This document shows, piece after piece, positions 38,889 to 48,608 of a stretch of DNA of 55,169 nt. The stretch is taken from positions 1 to 55,169 of the forward strand of contig JAUZNW010000003.1 of assembly GCA_030706785.1 (NCBI GenBank), in the 5' to 3' direction. Numbering within the stretch: position 1 is the stretch's first letter; each line of letters begins with the position of its first letter. Both the position numbers and the translations under genes were made by a program. This stretch comes from Bacteroidota bacterium (GTDB lineage: Bacteria; Bacteroidota; Bacteroidia; Bacteroidales; VadinHA17). The notes beneath the pieces are model-generated. The model saw only the letters and a list, made by a program, of their open reading frames with translations, did not search any database and was not told the DNA's origin.

Positions 38889-39077
38889 ACCTGAACCAGG
38901 TAATAAGTGACCTTGCATTCTTACGAGTTGAGCATTGCATTTTGCAGGTTTTTCCACAATACGCTCCTAATCTGCGACCTGCAACTAATTAGTTCTTACC
39001 GTTGAGTTATTAAAGTGACCTGCTAATATAAGTTGTTTCTAATAATTATATTTGCTCCACGCTCTCAGGTACAAATT

Positions 39078-41420
39078 TTGAAAAAAAGCTTCTCAAATAA
39101 AAGAAATATTTCACGGGTATTGATCCTTACCCTGTTTTGTTCAGTCCTTCTTATATATTCGTGTAATCCCACAAAGTATGTCCCTGAAGGAGAAACTCTC
39201 CTGAACGGGAATCATATTGAGATTAACGATGAGGGTGTAAAAAAGGTCAATCTTATTCCATATATTAAGCAGAAACCAAACAAGAAGATCTTTGGAGCAA
39301 GATTCTATCTTGGCCTTTACAATCTTTCGAACATCAACAAGGACAAATGGCCGCATTCCTGGCTGAGGAATATCGGGGAGGAGCCGGTGGTCTTCGATCT
39401 CTCATCAGCTGATAAGAGCAGGGAGGAACTTCAATCCTACGTTGCTTCCAAAGGTTTTTTCGACAGCAGCGTAACCGATTCCACCCATACTGCAAAGAGG
39501 AAGACAGATGTCTTTTACAATGTGAACCTGAAAAAGCCATACACCATACATAATATTTACTACAACATAGCAGATACATCCATTAAAAAGCTCTTTTTCT
39601 TCGATTCGGTAAACTGTATGATTGAGAGAGGAAAACCTTATGACGAAGATATTCTTCAGGCTGAACGGTCGAGGTTTGAGCGATACATAAAGGATCGCGG
39701 ATTTTATGGCTTCTCGGGGGATTATATAAAATTCAGGATTGACAGTACAATTGACAAAAGGCAGGTAAATATCTACTATGAAGTCGGGGAGTCAACAATA
39801 GTTGACCAGTATAACCGGATCTCGTATGTGCCGCATTCAATCTACCGGATTAAAAATATTTTCATTTATCCCGACTACATTCCAAAGGAAGCTCTTGAGG
39901 GGGGCGAAGCTTATCTCAGCAGCCTTGATACTGTAAATTACAAGGGCTACTATTTCGTTTCTCCAAGAGAAAAGCCGCAACTCAAATATGACCTGATCCT
40001 TCAGTCTTTCTACCTGAAACCAGGTTTAATCTACAATGTTACGAATACAGAGCAGACCCAGAATCATTTCTTATCATTGAAATCATACCGCCTGGTAAAT
40101 ATATTCTTCGATGAAACTTCTCCTCCTGAAGATTATTCAGGCACTGAAAAGTTCCTGAATTGCCAGGTTCAGCTTACCTTACTGAGCCAGCAATCGTTCA
40201 ATGTTGAAGTCGAAGGCACCAATTCAGCCGGCAACCTGGGAGGTGCTCTTAACCTCGTTTACCAGCACAAGAATCTCTTCCACGGTGCGGAGCAGTTCGA
40301 CATGAAGCTGAAGGGAGCCTTTGAAGCCGTTACCCAGGCCAGCACAAAGCTTCAAAGCACCCAGGAGTATGGTTTTGAAACAAGCCTGAGATTTCCGAAG
40401 TTTCTGGGTCCTTTCCTGAAAAAGGAGGCCTTTGTCAGGAATTATAATCCCACGACGACCATTCTTGCCGCCTATAACTATCAGAATATGCCCTTTTATA
40501 CAAGGACTATTGTCAATGCGACGTTCGGCTACACCTGGTCTGCACATAATTACCAGACGCATATTGTGAATCCGCTTCAGATGAATATCGTGAAGCTTCT
40601 TTCTATCGATACAGCATTCCAGAGAAGGATTGAGAACTCTTCGTACCTGGCTTATAGTTACAAGGACGTCATGATATTGGGCGCTAACTATTCCCTGATC
40701 TATAACAATCAGAAGATCCAGAAATCACGTGATTACTGGTTCCTTCGCTTTAATGCCGAGGCTTCAGGCAATCTTCTTTCTCTGGCAAGCAGTCTCGCAG
40801 GGCTGAAGAAATCAGCTGAAGACGCTTATAATATTCTGGGACAGCCGTTTGCGCAATATTTCAGGACAGATATCGACGTCCGGTACAATGTCATAATCAA
40901 TGATGTGAGTTCGGCTGTTTACAGGGGATTTGTCGGGATTGGGATCCCGTACGGCAACTCAAAGGCAATACCGTTTGAAAAACAGTATTTCGGTGGCGGT
41001 GCAAATGGTATCAGAGCGTGGCAGGTAAGGTCACTCGGTCCGGGATCATACTCTTCGGGTGAGAAGGGATTTGTTAATCAGACAGCTGATATAAAGCTCG
41101 AAGGAAATGCAGAGTACAGGTTCAAGCTATTCTGGATTCTGGAAGGGGCACTCTTCCTTGATGCCGGAAATATATGGACATTCAACAGCGACCCTTCCCG
41201 GCCAGGCGCACAATTTAAATTTACCAGTTTCCTTGATGACATCGCTGTCGGTACCGGAACAGGTTTAAGGTTCGACTTCAAGTTTGTTATCGGCCGTGTG
41301 GATCTTGGTATGAAGCTTCGCGATCCGGCCCTCTCAGGGACGTCGAAATGGATCTTCCTCAGTGAGCCCTACAACCGCAATGATTTTGCCATTGTCCTCG
41401 GTATCGGCTATCCATTCTGA
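39078..41420 (+). CDS. tamL: Omp85 family lipoprotein TamL (BamA/TamA-like)
   Basis: Lipobox IYSC, YFGGGANGIRAW, FLDAGNIW, terminal GIGYPF; TATATTTG at 39047-39054 favours TTG start at 39078. Confidence 0.8.
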   Translation: MKKSFSNKRNISRVLILTLFCSVLLIYSCNPTKYVPEGETLLNGNHIEINDEGVKKVNLIPYIKQKPNKKIFGARFYLGLYNLSNINKDKWPHSWLRNIGEEPVVFDLSSADKSREELQSYVASKGFFDSSVTDSTHTAKRKTDVFYNVNLKKPYTIHNIYYNIADTSIKKLFFFDSVNCMIERGKPYDEDILQAERSRFERYIKDRGFYGFSGDYIKFRIDSTIDKRQVNIYYEVGESTIVDQYNRISYVPHSIYRIKNIFIYPDYIPKEALEGGEAYLSSLDTVNYKGYYFVSPREKPQLKYDLILQSFYLKPGLIYNVTNTEQTQNHFLSLKSYRLVNIFFDETSPPEDYSGTEKFLNCQVQLTLLSQQSFNVEVEGTNSAGNLGGALNLVYQHKNLFHGAEQFDMKLKGAFEAVTQASTKLQSTQEYGFETSLRFPKFLGPFLKKEAFVRNYNPTTTILAAYNYQNMPFYTRTIVNATFGYTWSAHNYQTHIVNPLQMNIVKLLSIDTAFQRRIENSSYLAYSYKDVMILGANYSLIYNNQKIQKSRDYWFLRFNAEASGNLLSLASSLAGLKKSAEDAYNILGQPFAQYFRTDIDVRYNVIINDVSSAVYRGFVGIGIPYGNSKAIPFEKQYFGGGANGIRAWQVRSLGPGSYSSGEKGFVNQTADIKLEGNAEYRFKLFWILEGALFLDAGNIWTFNSDPSRPGAQFKFTSFLDDIAVGTGTGLRFDFKFVIGRVDLGMKLRDPALSGTSKWIFLSEPYNRNDFAIVLGIGYPF

Positions 41421-41442
41421 TCTGTCAAACTCCCTCTGTTAT

Positions 41443-41517
41443 ACCCTCTTTCCTGCTTCCCCCGGGAGGGAAAGGCTTTCTTTCCCAGGACTCCGCCTTT
41501 GAGAGGGGCCAGGGATG
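41443..41517. repeat. Degenerate REP-like doublet after tamL
   Basis: CCCTCTTTCCTGCTTCCCCCGGGAGGGAAAGG ... CCTTTGAGAGGGG resembles 42310-42372. Confidence 0.45.
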
Positions 41518-41597
41518 TAAATTATTTCATCTTTTCCTGCTTGCAGGTTCCGGAAAAATGTTAAATTGCATATTGTCTCACTGCATCTATTTTATTT

Positions 41598-42242
41598 ATG
41601 GGCTTTTATAAGGACTCTTTCAGGAACTGGTTCGGATACACAAGACGGGAAAGAAGGGCTTCATTCATTCTTCTTGTTATTATCATGGCTGTGCTGGGTG
41701 TCAGGTATCTGTTTCCATATACTGTTGATCCGATCAGGGAAATTCCGATCGGTTTACTGGCAATAGATTCAGGTATGGATCATAAAAAGTCAATTAGCCG
41801 GGCACAAAGGGACACTATAATTATCCGGAATAATAAGAAACAGAAAACAATACTTGAGATTAATTCTGCAGATTCTGCCGAGCTTGTAAAGCTGCCGGGT
41901 ATCGGACCTGTACTGTCATCGAGGATCGTGAAATACAGAAAACTGATTGGTGGCTTTATCTCAACCGATCAGCTCAGGGAGGTTTACGGACTTAAGGAGG
42001 AAACCTTTAAACTCATCTCCGGCAGGATCCGGGCTGATTCATCGCTGATCAGGAAAATAAAGATCAACAGGGCAGGATACGGGGAGCTGATCAGGCATCC
42101 TTATTTTAAAAAGGATGAGGTAAACGGCATCCTGAAGTACAGGGAGTTGCAGGGATTAATAAAAAGCATTAATGACCTTACGAAAAACAATATCCTTTCA
42201 GCAGAAACTGCAAAAAAGATAAAGGAGTACCTGGAGTTTTAG
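41598..42242 (+). CDS. ComEA-like helix-hairpin-helix DNA-binding protein
   Basis: N-terminal TM, INSAD..L..LPGIG, YR..GGF...QLREVYGL, second degenerate HhH repeat. Confidence 0.85.
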   Translation: MGFYKDSFRNWFGYTRRERRASFILLVIIMAVLGVRYLFPYTVDPIREIPIGLLAIDSGMDHKKSISRAQRDTIIIRNNKKQKTILEINSADSAELVKLPGIGPVLSSRIVKYRKLIGGFISTDQLREVYGLKEETFKLISGRIRADSSLIRKIKINRAGYGELIRHPYFKKDEVNGILKYRELQGLIKSINDLTKNNILSAETAKKIKEYLEF

Positions 42243-42309
42243 GTAACTCACCCCTTCCCGGCAATTATGTAGTACTTCACAATTTTGGTAACAAATTTTG
42301 ATATGATCT

Positions 42310-42372
42310 TCCCCCTTTCAAGTTTCCCCCAGGGGAGAAAGGCAAAGCGAGCACCTTCCTTCAGGGGGGAGT
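42310..42372. repeat. REP-like doublet
   Basis: CCCCCTTTCAAGTTTCCCCCAGGGGAGAAA followed by CCTTCCTTCAGGGGGGAG. Confidence 0.6.
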
Positions 42373-42616
42373 TTATAGCAATAATCCTTCAAAGGAGGAG
42401 TTCCGGGGTCTATGCTCTCTGCCATTCGTTACACTTTAACTAATATTTAACGCTCAATAATTTTGAAAGCATCGAATTATTCCCTAACTTTATTACATCT
42501 GATTATGATGAGCATCTGCATCCATAAAATGTGCCTCCGTAAATTAATAATCCTAATAAACAGACTGGAATGATTAAATTATTAACTTAAAATTTTGAAA
42601 AAACGTTTTCTGTTGC

Positions 42617-42624
42617 TACCTTTG
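42617..42624 (+). promoter_or_regulatory. -7 promoter element for rpsU operon
   Basis: TACCTTTG with TTTG at 42593-42596. Confidence 0.75.
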
Positions 42625-42653
42625 CGCCTCATTTCAAAACAGAATCTATAAAT

Positions 42654-42845
42654 ATGATCATTGTACCGCTAAAAGAAGGCGAAAACATCGAAAGAGCTCT
42701 GAAAAAGTTCAAAAGGAAATTTGAGAAGACTGGAGTAATCCGTGAATTACGTTCACGTCAGGCTTATATAAAGCCTTCAGTGCGCCGGAGAGAAGAAATC
42801 AAGAAGGCTAAGTATGTTCAGAAAATGCAGGAAAACGAGGAATAG
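42654..42845 (+). CDS. rpsU: 30S ribosomal protein bS21
   Basis: ENIERALKKFKRK, KPSVRRR; Tyr at position 54. Confidence 0.96.
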   Translation: MIIVPLKEGENIERALKKFKRKFEKTGVIRELRSRQAYIKPSVRRREEIKKAKYVQKMQENEE

Positions 42846-42892
42846 TCCCTATTCTGCATTATTAAAATATTAACAGCTAAGGAGGTTCCTTT

Positions 42893-43780
42893 ATGAAATA
42901 TAAGGAATCATTCTTACAGTATCTTAAAATCGAAAAGCGTTATTCTCCGCTTACTGTAAGATCTTACTTAAACGATCTGGATCAGTTTGAAAAGTACCTA
43001 ATATCGCAGGAACTGCCCCTGGATCCTGATGTTCTTACATCCCACGATATAAGGTCATGGATAGTAACGCTTCTGGAAAATAATTACAATCCGGTCTCTG
43101 TACACAGGAAAATATCGTGCCTCAGGGTGTTTTACAGATATCTGAGGAAAGAGGGATTTACCAGGGCAGATCCGGTTGAAAAGGTTGTCCTTCCTAAAAT
43201 AAAGAAACGGTTGCCGGTTTTTGTTGATGAAAGTGCGCTTGACAGGCTCCTGGATGATACTGATTTCGGCTCGGATTTCAGGGGTGTAAGGAACAGAGCC
43301 ATTGTTGAGATGCTGTACCTGACAGGCATGAGAAGAGCCGAACTGACAGGGCTCAGGAACCAGGATGTTGATCTGGCGGAAGCAACCGTGAAGGTCACGG
43401 GAAAAAGGAACAAACAGAGGATCATTCCGATCCTGAGATCTTTTATCTCCACTCTGCAGGAGTATCTGAAGCTGCGCGATGAAGCATTTCCCGGTGCTGT
43501 TAACGGATGGTTTTTTAGGAGCGACAGGGGGAACAAGATGTATGATAAGTATGTTTATAATATAGTAAGGAACTACCTGGCTATGGTGACAACCATTGAT
43601 AAAAGGAGTCCCCATGTGCTAAGGCACACTTTTGCAACCCACATGCTGAATCACGGTGCTGACCTGAACTCGATTAAGGAATTCTTAGGTCATGCAAATC
43701 TGTCAGCAACCCAGATATATACGCATAACTCATTTGAAAAGCTAAGGAAAATATACAAACAGGCTCACCCAAGAGCTTAA
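42893..43780 (+). CDS. xerC: XerC-like tyrosine recombinase
   Basis: TGMRRAEL, GKRNKQR, SPHVLRHTFATH, LGHANLSATQIYTH. Confidence 0.85.
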   Translation: MKYKESFLQYLKIEKRYSPLTVRSYLNDLDQFEKYLISQELPLDPDVLTSHDIRSWIVTLLENNYNPVSVHRKISCLRVFYRYLRKEGFTRADPVEKVVLPKIKKRLPVFVDESALDRLLDDTDFGSDFRGVRNRAIVEMLYLTGMRRAELTGLRNQDVDLAEATVKVTGKRNKQRIIPILRSFISTLQEYLKLRDEAFPGAVNGWFFRSDRGNKMYDKYVYNIVRNYLAMVTTIDKRSPHVLRHTFATHMLNHGADLNSIKEFLGHANLSATQIYTHNSFEKLRKIYKQAHPRA

Positions 43781-43810
43781 TTATTAATTAATTAAACAGG
43801 AGGTACTACT

Positions 43811-44110
43811 ATGAACGTTCAGATTCACTCAGTGCGGTTTGATGCCGATAAAAAGCTAATCGACTTTGTTCATCAGAGACTCGAAAAACTGACTCAGTTC
43901 GGTGACGGGATCGTTAATGCTGAAGTGTACCTGAGGCTCGATAAGGATCAGGATCGCGCAAATAAAATCACTGAAATTAAACTGGAGTTAAGGGGAGCAC
44001 CTTTGTTTGCAAGGAAGCAGAGCAAGACTTTTGAAGAGGCTACAGACCTGGCTGTAGATGCTCTTAAAAAACAGATTACCAAGCACAAACAGAAGAAGAG
44101 AAGGGCCTGA
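43811..44110 (+). CDS. raiA: Ribosome hibernation factor HPF/RaiA, short form
   Basis: 99 aa; IHSVRFDAD..L..FV, TFEEA.D.AVDAL.KQ pattern; position upstream of tRNA-tuf. Confidence 0.88.
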   Translation: MNVQIHSVRFDADKKLIDFVHQRLEKLTQFGDGIVNAEVYLRLDKDQDRANKITEIKLELRGAPLFARKQSKTFEEATDLAVDALKKQITKHKQKKRRA

Positions 44111-44165
44111 ACCGACCCCTGTTAAAAATAATTTGATTTATTTTGATAACTGAAAAATAAATTCA

Positions 44166-44173
44166 TACATTTG
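44166..44173 (+). promoter_or_regulatory. -7 promoter element for tRNA-tuf operon
   Basis: TACATTTG with TTTG at 44142-44145. Confidence 0.75.
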
Positions 44174-44222
44174 CACACCGATTTTTTAGGGTATAAAAGC
44201 CTGTCGGTACGTTCTTTAAATT

Positions 44223-44296
44223 GCCGATGTAGCTCAGTTGGCCAGAGCAGCTGATTTGTAATCTGCAGGTCGGGGGTTCGAATCCCTTCATCGGCT
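44223..44296 (+). tRNA. tRNA-Thr(TGT)
   Basis: Cloverleaf, acceptor GCCGATG/CATCGGC, anticodon TGT; one U-U mismatch in anticodon stem; no encoded CCA. Confidence 0.93.
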
Positions 44297-44345
44297 CCTG
44301 AAAGAGTTACAAATGTGTGTCATAAGGGGTCAAACTCTGTTTCAA

Positions 44346-44428
44346 GGGGAGATACCAAAGCGGTCAACTGGGGCAGACTGTAAATCTGCTGGCTGATGCC
44401 TTCGTAGGTTCGAATCCTGCTCTCCCCA
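44346..44428 (+). tRNA. tRNA-Tyr(GTA)
   Basis: Acceptor GGGGAGA/TCTCCCC, anticodon arm GCAGA-CTGTAAA-TCTGC, long variable arm. Confidence 0.95.
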
Positions 44429-44496
44429 CGTTACAGGGCGGACCGTAAACCTGACCGGATGCGAGAAACAGGGCGGACCTCTTTGGACGATATCAG

Positions 44497-44569
44497 GCGG
44501 GAGTAGCTCAGTTGGTAGAGCATTAGCCTTCCAAGCTAAGGGTCGCGGATTCGAGCTCCGTCTCCCGCT
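44497..44569 (+). tRNA. tRNA-Gly(TCC)
   Basis: Acceptor GCGGGAG/CTCCCGC, anticodon arm TTAGC-CTTCCAA-GCTAA, discriminator U. Confidence 0.93.
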
Positions 44570-44580
44570 CACTTTTTGAT

Positions 44581-44652
44581 GCCAGAGTAGCTCAGGGGTA
44601 GAGCACTTCCTTGGTAAGGAAGGGGTCAGGGGTTCAATTCCCCTCTCCGGCT
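44581..44652 (+). tRNA. tRNA-Thr(GGT)
   Basis: Anticodon arm CTTCC-TTGGTAA-GGAAG, T arm AGGGG-TTCAATT-CCCCT; A4-C69 mismatch. Confidence 0.93.
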
Positions 44653-44712
44653 CAACGGGAAAACAAGATATTATACTGAATAGATAAACTTTAATTTAAT
44701 ACGCTTGGAGTT

Positions 44713-45900
44713 ATGGCAAAAGAAAAATTTGACAGATCGAAACCGCACGTAAATATTGGCACAATTGGTCACGTCGACCATGGTAAGACCACTCTTACAG
44801 CAGCGATCACAATGGTTCTTCATAAAAAAGGTCTTTCTGAAATCAGGGATTTCGATTCAATCGATAATGCTCCCGAGGAAAAGGAAAGGGGTATTACCAT
44901 TAATACCGCTCACGTTGAATATCAGACAGCAACACGTCACTATGCACACGTTGACTGCCCGGGACACGCTGACTATATTAAAAACATGGTTACAGGTGCA
45001 GCGCAGATGGACGGTGCAATCCTTGTAGTTGCAGCTGATGACGGTCCGATGCCTCAAACACGTGAACATATACTTCTGGCGCACCAGGTTAACGTTCCGA
45101 AGGTTCTTGTATTCATGAACAAGGTTGACCTGGTTGATGATGAGGAACTTCTCGATCTGGTTGAGATGGAAGTACGCGACCTTCTCAATTTCTACGAATT
45201 TGACGGCGACAATGCTCCGGTAATACGCGGCTCAGCCCTCGGTGCAATGCACGGAGAACCAAAATGGGAAGAAAAAGTCGTTGAGCTGATGGATGCCGTT
45301 GACGCATATATTCCAATACCTCCACGCGACAATCAAAAACCGTTCCTGATGCCGGTTGAGGACGTTTTCTCGATCACAGGCCGTGGAACAGTTGCTACAG
45401 GCCGTATTGAAACAGGAGTTGTTCAGACAGGCGATGAGCTTGAAATGATCGGCCTTGGCGCAGAAAAACGCAGGACTGTCTGTACAGGTGTTGAAATGTT
45501 CCGGAAAATCCTCGACAGGGGTGAGGCAGGTGACAATGTAGGACTTCTGCTCCGAGGTGTCGACAAGAAGGAGATTAAGAGAGGAATGGTACTTGCAAAA
45601 CCGGGTTCAATCACACCTCACACAAAACTGAAAGCTGAGATCTACGTTCTTAAAAAGGAAGAAGGCGGACGTCACACTCCATTCCACAATAAATATCGTC
45701 CCCAGTTCTACGTAAGGACACTCGATATTACAGGTGAGATAACTCTTCCCGAAGGGACCGAAATGGTGATGCCCGGTGATAATGTGACAATTACTGTTGA
45801 ACTTATCTATCCAGTTGCAATAAACGTTGGACTCCGCTTCGCAATACGTGAAGGAGGAAGGACCGTCGGAGCCGGTACAGTTATAGAGATCGTTGAATAA
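44713..45900 (+). CDS. tuf: Elongation factor Tu
   Basis: [25 protein letters not shown]. Confidence 0.99.
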   Translation: MAKEKFDRSKPHVNIGTIGHVDHGKTTLTAAITMVLHKKGLSEIRDFDSIDNAPEEKERGITINTAHVEYQTATRHYAHVDCPGHADYIKNMVTGAAQMDGAILVVAADDGPMPQTREHILLAHQVNVPKVLVFMNKVDLVDDEELLDLVEMEVRDLLNFYEFDGDNAPVIRGSALGAMHGEPKWEEKVVELMDAVDAYIPIPPRDNQKPFLMPVEDVFSITGRGTVATGRIETGVVQTGDELEMIGLGAEKRRTVCTGVEMFRKILDRGEAGDNVGLLLRGVDKKEIKRGMVLAKPGSITPHTKLKAEIYVLKKEEGGRHTPFHNKYRPQFYVRTLDITGEITLPEGTEMVMPGDNVTITVELIYPVAINVGLRFAIREGGRTVGAGTVIEIVE

Positions 45901-45916
45901 TAGTTTTGGACATACA

Positions 45917-45944
45917 GTAAGGCCGCATTGATTTGCGGCCTTAC
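45917..45944 (+). other. Stable hairpin between tuf and tRNA-Trp
   Basis: GTAAGGCCGCA-ttgatt-TGCGGCCTTAC, 11-bp stem, no T-tract; probably stabilises processed tuf mRNA. Confidence 0.6.
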
Positions 45945-45949
45945 CCGAT

Positions 45950-46022
45950 ACGGGTGTAGCTCAGTTGGTAGAGCACTGGTCTCCAAAACCAGGTGTCGGG
46001 AGTTCGAGTCTCTCCTCCCGTG
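45950..46022 (+). tRNA. tRNA-Trp(CCA)
   Basis: Anticodon arm CTGGT-CTCCAAA-ACCAG; position between tuf and secE. Confidence 0.94.
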
Positions 46023-46039
46023 CGACGAATTTAAACAAC

Positions 46040-46231
46040 ATGAATTTAAAAGGTTATTTTAAAGAATCATACACTGAGCTGATACATAAGGTCACGTGGC
46101 CTACCTGGACGGAACTGCAGAATAGTGGAGTCCTTGTCCTGGTCGCTACACTGATCATTGCTATCATCGTTGCCATTATGGACCTGGGTTTCAGCAGGAT
46201 TATGCAATTCATATACAGCTTATTGTATTAA
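46040..46231 (+). CDS. secE: Preprotein translocase subunit SecE
   Basis: EL.HKVTWPT motif plus one TM; true start ATG 46040, since the longer ORF overlaps tRNA-Trp. Confidence 0.94.
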   Translation: MNLKGYFKESYTELIHKVTWPTWTELQNSGVLVLVATLIIAIIVAIMDLGFSRIMQFIYSLLY

Positions 46232-46248
46232 TAAGGAGATCCGTTTCA

Positions 46249-46797
46249 ATGGAGGAGAATTTAAAGAAATGGTATGTGCTCAGGGCTATCGGGGGGAAGG
46301 AAAAAAAGGTGAAGGAATACCTCGAGAGCGAGATTGTGCGTCTGAAGCTTCAGGATTTGGTCTCGCAGGTCCTGATCCCAACAGAAAAAGTGTACCAGAT
46401 CAGGTCAGGGAAAAAGATAAGCAAGGAAAGGACTTTCTTCCCGGGATATGTTCTCGTTGAGGCTACTCTTGTGGGGGAGATTCCTCATCTATTAAGAAAT
46501 ATACCAAATGTGATAGGATTCCTTGGATCTCAGGACGGAGAACCTGTCCCTCTGAGGAAATCAGAGATAAACAGGATCCTCGGAAAAGTTGATGAACTTA
46601 ATGCCAGCGACGAGGAACTGAACGTTCCATTCTTCGTCGGCGAATCGGTAAAAGTGATTGACGGTCCGTTCAACAGTTTTACTGGTGTCATTGAAGAGGT
46701 CAACGAGGAAAAGAAGAAACTAAAGGTCATGGTAAAGATATTCGGCAGAAAGACGCCCCTTGAGTTGAGTTTTATGCAGGTGGAAAAAGAAAGTTAA
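46249..46797 (+). CDS. nusG: Transcription termination/antitermination factor NusG
   Basis: WYVLR, FPGYVLV, KOW motif [16 protein letters not shown]. Confidence 0.97.
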   Translation: MEENLKKWYVLRAIGGKEKKVKEYLESEIVRLKLQDLVSQVLIPTEKVYQIRSGKKISKERTFFPGYVLVEATLVGEIPHLLRNIPNVIGFLGSQDGEPVPLRKSEINRILGKVDELNASDEELNVPFFVGESVKVIDGPFNSFTGVIEEVNEEKKKLKVMVKIFGRKTPLELSFMQVEKES

Positions 46798-46880
46798 CAG
46801 AAGATATTGACAGTTATGATAATCATAATGCTTCCTGAATAACTGTCAAGCTCTCGCAATAAATAAGCAAATTTAAAATT

Positions 46881-47318
46881 ATGGCTAAAGAAGTTGCTGG
46901 AATTATTAAATTACAAATTCGTGGCGGAGCCGCTAATCCATCACCACCGGTTGGTCCTGCTCTTGGATCAAAAGGTGTCAACATTATGGATTTTTGCAAG
47001 CAATTTAATGCGAGGACTCAGGATAAAGCTGGAAAGGTAATACCGGTTGTCATAACTGTTTATGCCGACAAATCATTTGATTTTGTCACAAAAACTCCTC
47101 CGGTTGCAGTACAGCTGCTAGAGGTTGCCAAATCCAAGAAAGGTTCTAAGGAACCCAACAGGGAAAAAGTGGCAACCGTAACCTGGGACCAGGTTAAATC
47201 GATTGCAAAGGAAAAAATGGAAGACCTGAACTGTTTTACGCTCGAGTCGGCCATGAAGATGGTAGCAGGTACTGCCAGAAGTATGGGGATCACCGTAAAG
47301 GAAGGCCCCGTTAAATAA
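46881..47318 (+). CDS. rplK: 50S ribosomal protein uL11
   Basis: [19 protein letters not shown]. Confidence 0.98.
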   Translation: MAKEVAGIIKLQIRGGAANPSPPVGPALGSKGVNIMDFCKQFNARTQDKAGKVIPVVITVYADKSFDFVTKTPPVAVQLLEVAKSKKGSKEPNREKVATVTWDQVKSIAKEKMEDLNCFTLESAMKMVAGTARSMGITVKEGPVK

Positions 47319-47333
47319 TTAAACAGGAGAACA

Positions 47334-48029
47334 ATGACGAAACTTACTAAAAACCAGAAGCTTGCCTACGAGAAACTCGACAGGAACAAGCTTTATACGT
47401 TGACAGAAGCATCGGCACTTGTGAAAGAGATCACCAAAACGAAGTTTGATGCTTCCATCGACCTGGATGTAAGGTTAGGCATCGATCCGAGAAAATCCAA
47501 CCAGATGGTCCGCGGTGTTGTTTCACTTCCTCACGGAACAGGAAAACAAATCCGCGTCCTTGTACTTTGCACTCCCGATAAGGAAGCTGAAGCAAAGAAT
47601 GCAGGGGCAGACCATGTAGGCCTTGATGAATACGTCGAAAAGATCAAAGCAGGCTGGACAGACGTCGATGTTATAATAACCATGCCATCCGTAATGGGAA
47701 AAGTCGGTCAGTTAGGACGTATTCTTGGTCCGAGAGGACTGATGCCGAACCCTAAAAGTGGAACTGTTACAATGGAAATTGGTAAGGCTGTCAAGGAAGT
47801 GAAGCAGGGTAAGATTGATTTCAAGGTTGACAAAAGCGGAATCATACATACCTCTATCGGAAAAGTCTCATTCGAGGCTCAGAAAATCGTCGAAAATGCA
47901 AGGGAGTTTATCCAGATGGTAAACAAACTGAAACCGGCCGCTGCAAAGGGAACCTACATTCGCAGTATGTTCCTTTCAAGCACAATGAGCCCGGGAATTA
48001 AGATCGATCCCAAAGGCCTTGATGTTTAA
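47334..48029 (+). CDS. rplA: 50S ribosomal protein uL1
   Basis: [24 protein letters not shown]. Confidence 0.98.
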   Translation: MTKLTKNQKLAYEKLDRNKLYTLTEASALVKEITKTKFDASIDLDVRLGIDPRKSNQMVRGVVSLPHGTGKQIRVLVLCTPDKEAEAKNAGADHVGLDEYVEKIKAGWTDVDVIITMPSVMGKVGQLGRILGPRGLMPNPKSGTVTMEIGKAVKEVKQGKIDFKVDKSGIIHTSIGKVSFEAQKIVENAREFIQMVNKLKPAAAKGTYIRSMFLSSTMSPGIKIDPKGLDV

Positions 48030-48055
48030 ACTGTTACGCTAAAACCGGATAAACA

Positions 48056-48577
48056 ATGAGACGAGAAGAAAAAAGTGCTATCATAGACAGCCTTGCTGAG
48101 AAATTAAAGGAGTACAGCCACTTTTATCTGACTGATACAGCTCAGCTGAATGCCGCTGACACCAGCGCACTGAGGAGGAAATGCTTTGAATACGATATTA
48201 AACTTATCGTCGTAAAGAATACTCTTCTGAAAAGGGCACTCGAAATGTCCGAAGGGAACTTTGAGGAACTTTACCCGGTTCTGAAAAGTACTACGTCCAT
48301 AATGCTTGCGCAGGCAGGAAACGCTCCCGCAAAACTTATCAAAGAGTTCAGGAAGGAGCATGACAAGCCTGTTCTGAAAGGCGCATACGTTCAGGAATCT
48401 ATTTTCATCGGAGACAGTATGCTCGACACACTGATTTCTGTCAAGACGAAGCAGGAACTGATAGGGGATATTGTGCTCCTACTACAGTCACCCGTCCGGA
48501 ACGTTGTATCAGCCTTGCAATCAGGCGGAAATAAAATTCACGGTGTTCTTGAAACACTATCAAAAAAAGAGAAGTAA
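48056..48577 (+). CDS. rplJ: 50S ribosomal protein uL10
   Basis: VVKNTLL motif; position between rplA and rplL. Confidence 0.96.
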   Translation: MRREEKSAIIDSLAEKLKEYSHFYLTDTAQLNAADTSALRRKCFEYDIKLIVVKNTLLKRALEMSEGNFEELYPVLKSTTSIMLAQAGNAPAKLIKEFRKEHDKPVLKGAYVQESIFIGDSMLDTLISVKTKQELIGDIVLLLQSPVRNVVSALQSGGNKIHGVLETLSKKEK

Positions 48578-48608
48578 TTAAAGTAAAATCAAATTAAATT
48601 CAATAAAA

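Noticed and set aside
42893-43780. Integrase next to tRNAs suggesting a genomic island
   Set aside because: XerC-sized, embedded in the rpsU-xerC-hpf housekeeping order; no cargo and no duplicated tRNA end
45965-46039. N-terminal extension of SecE
   Set aside because: Overlaps tRNA-Trp; real start is ATG 46040
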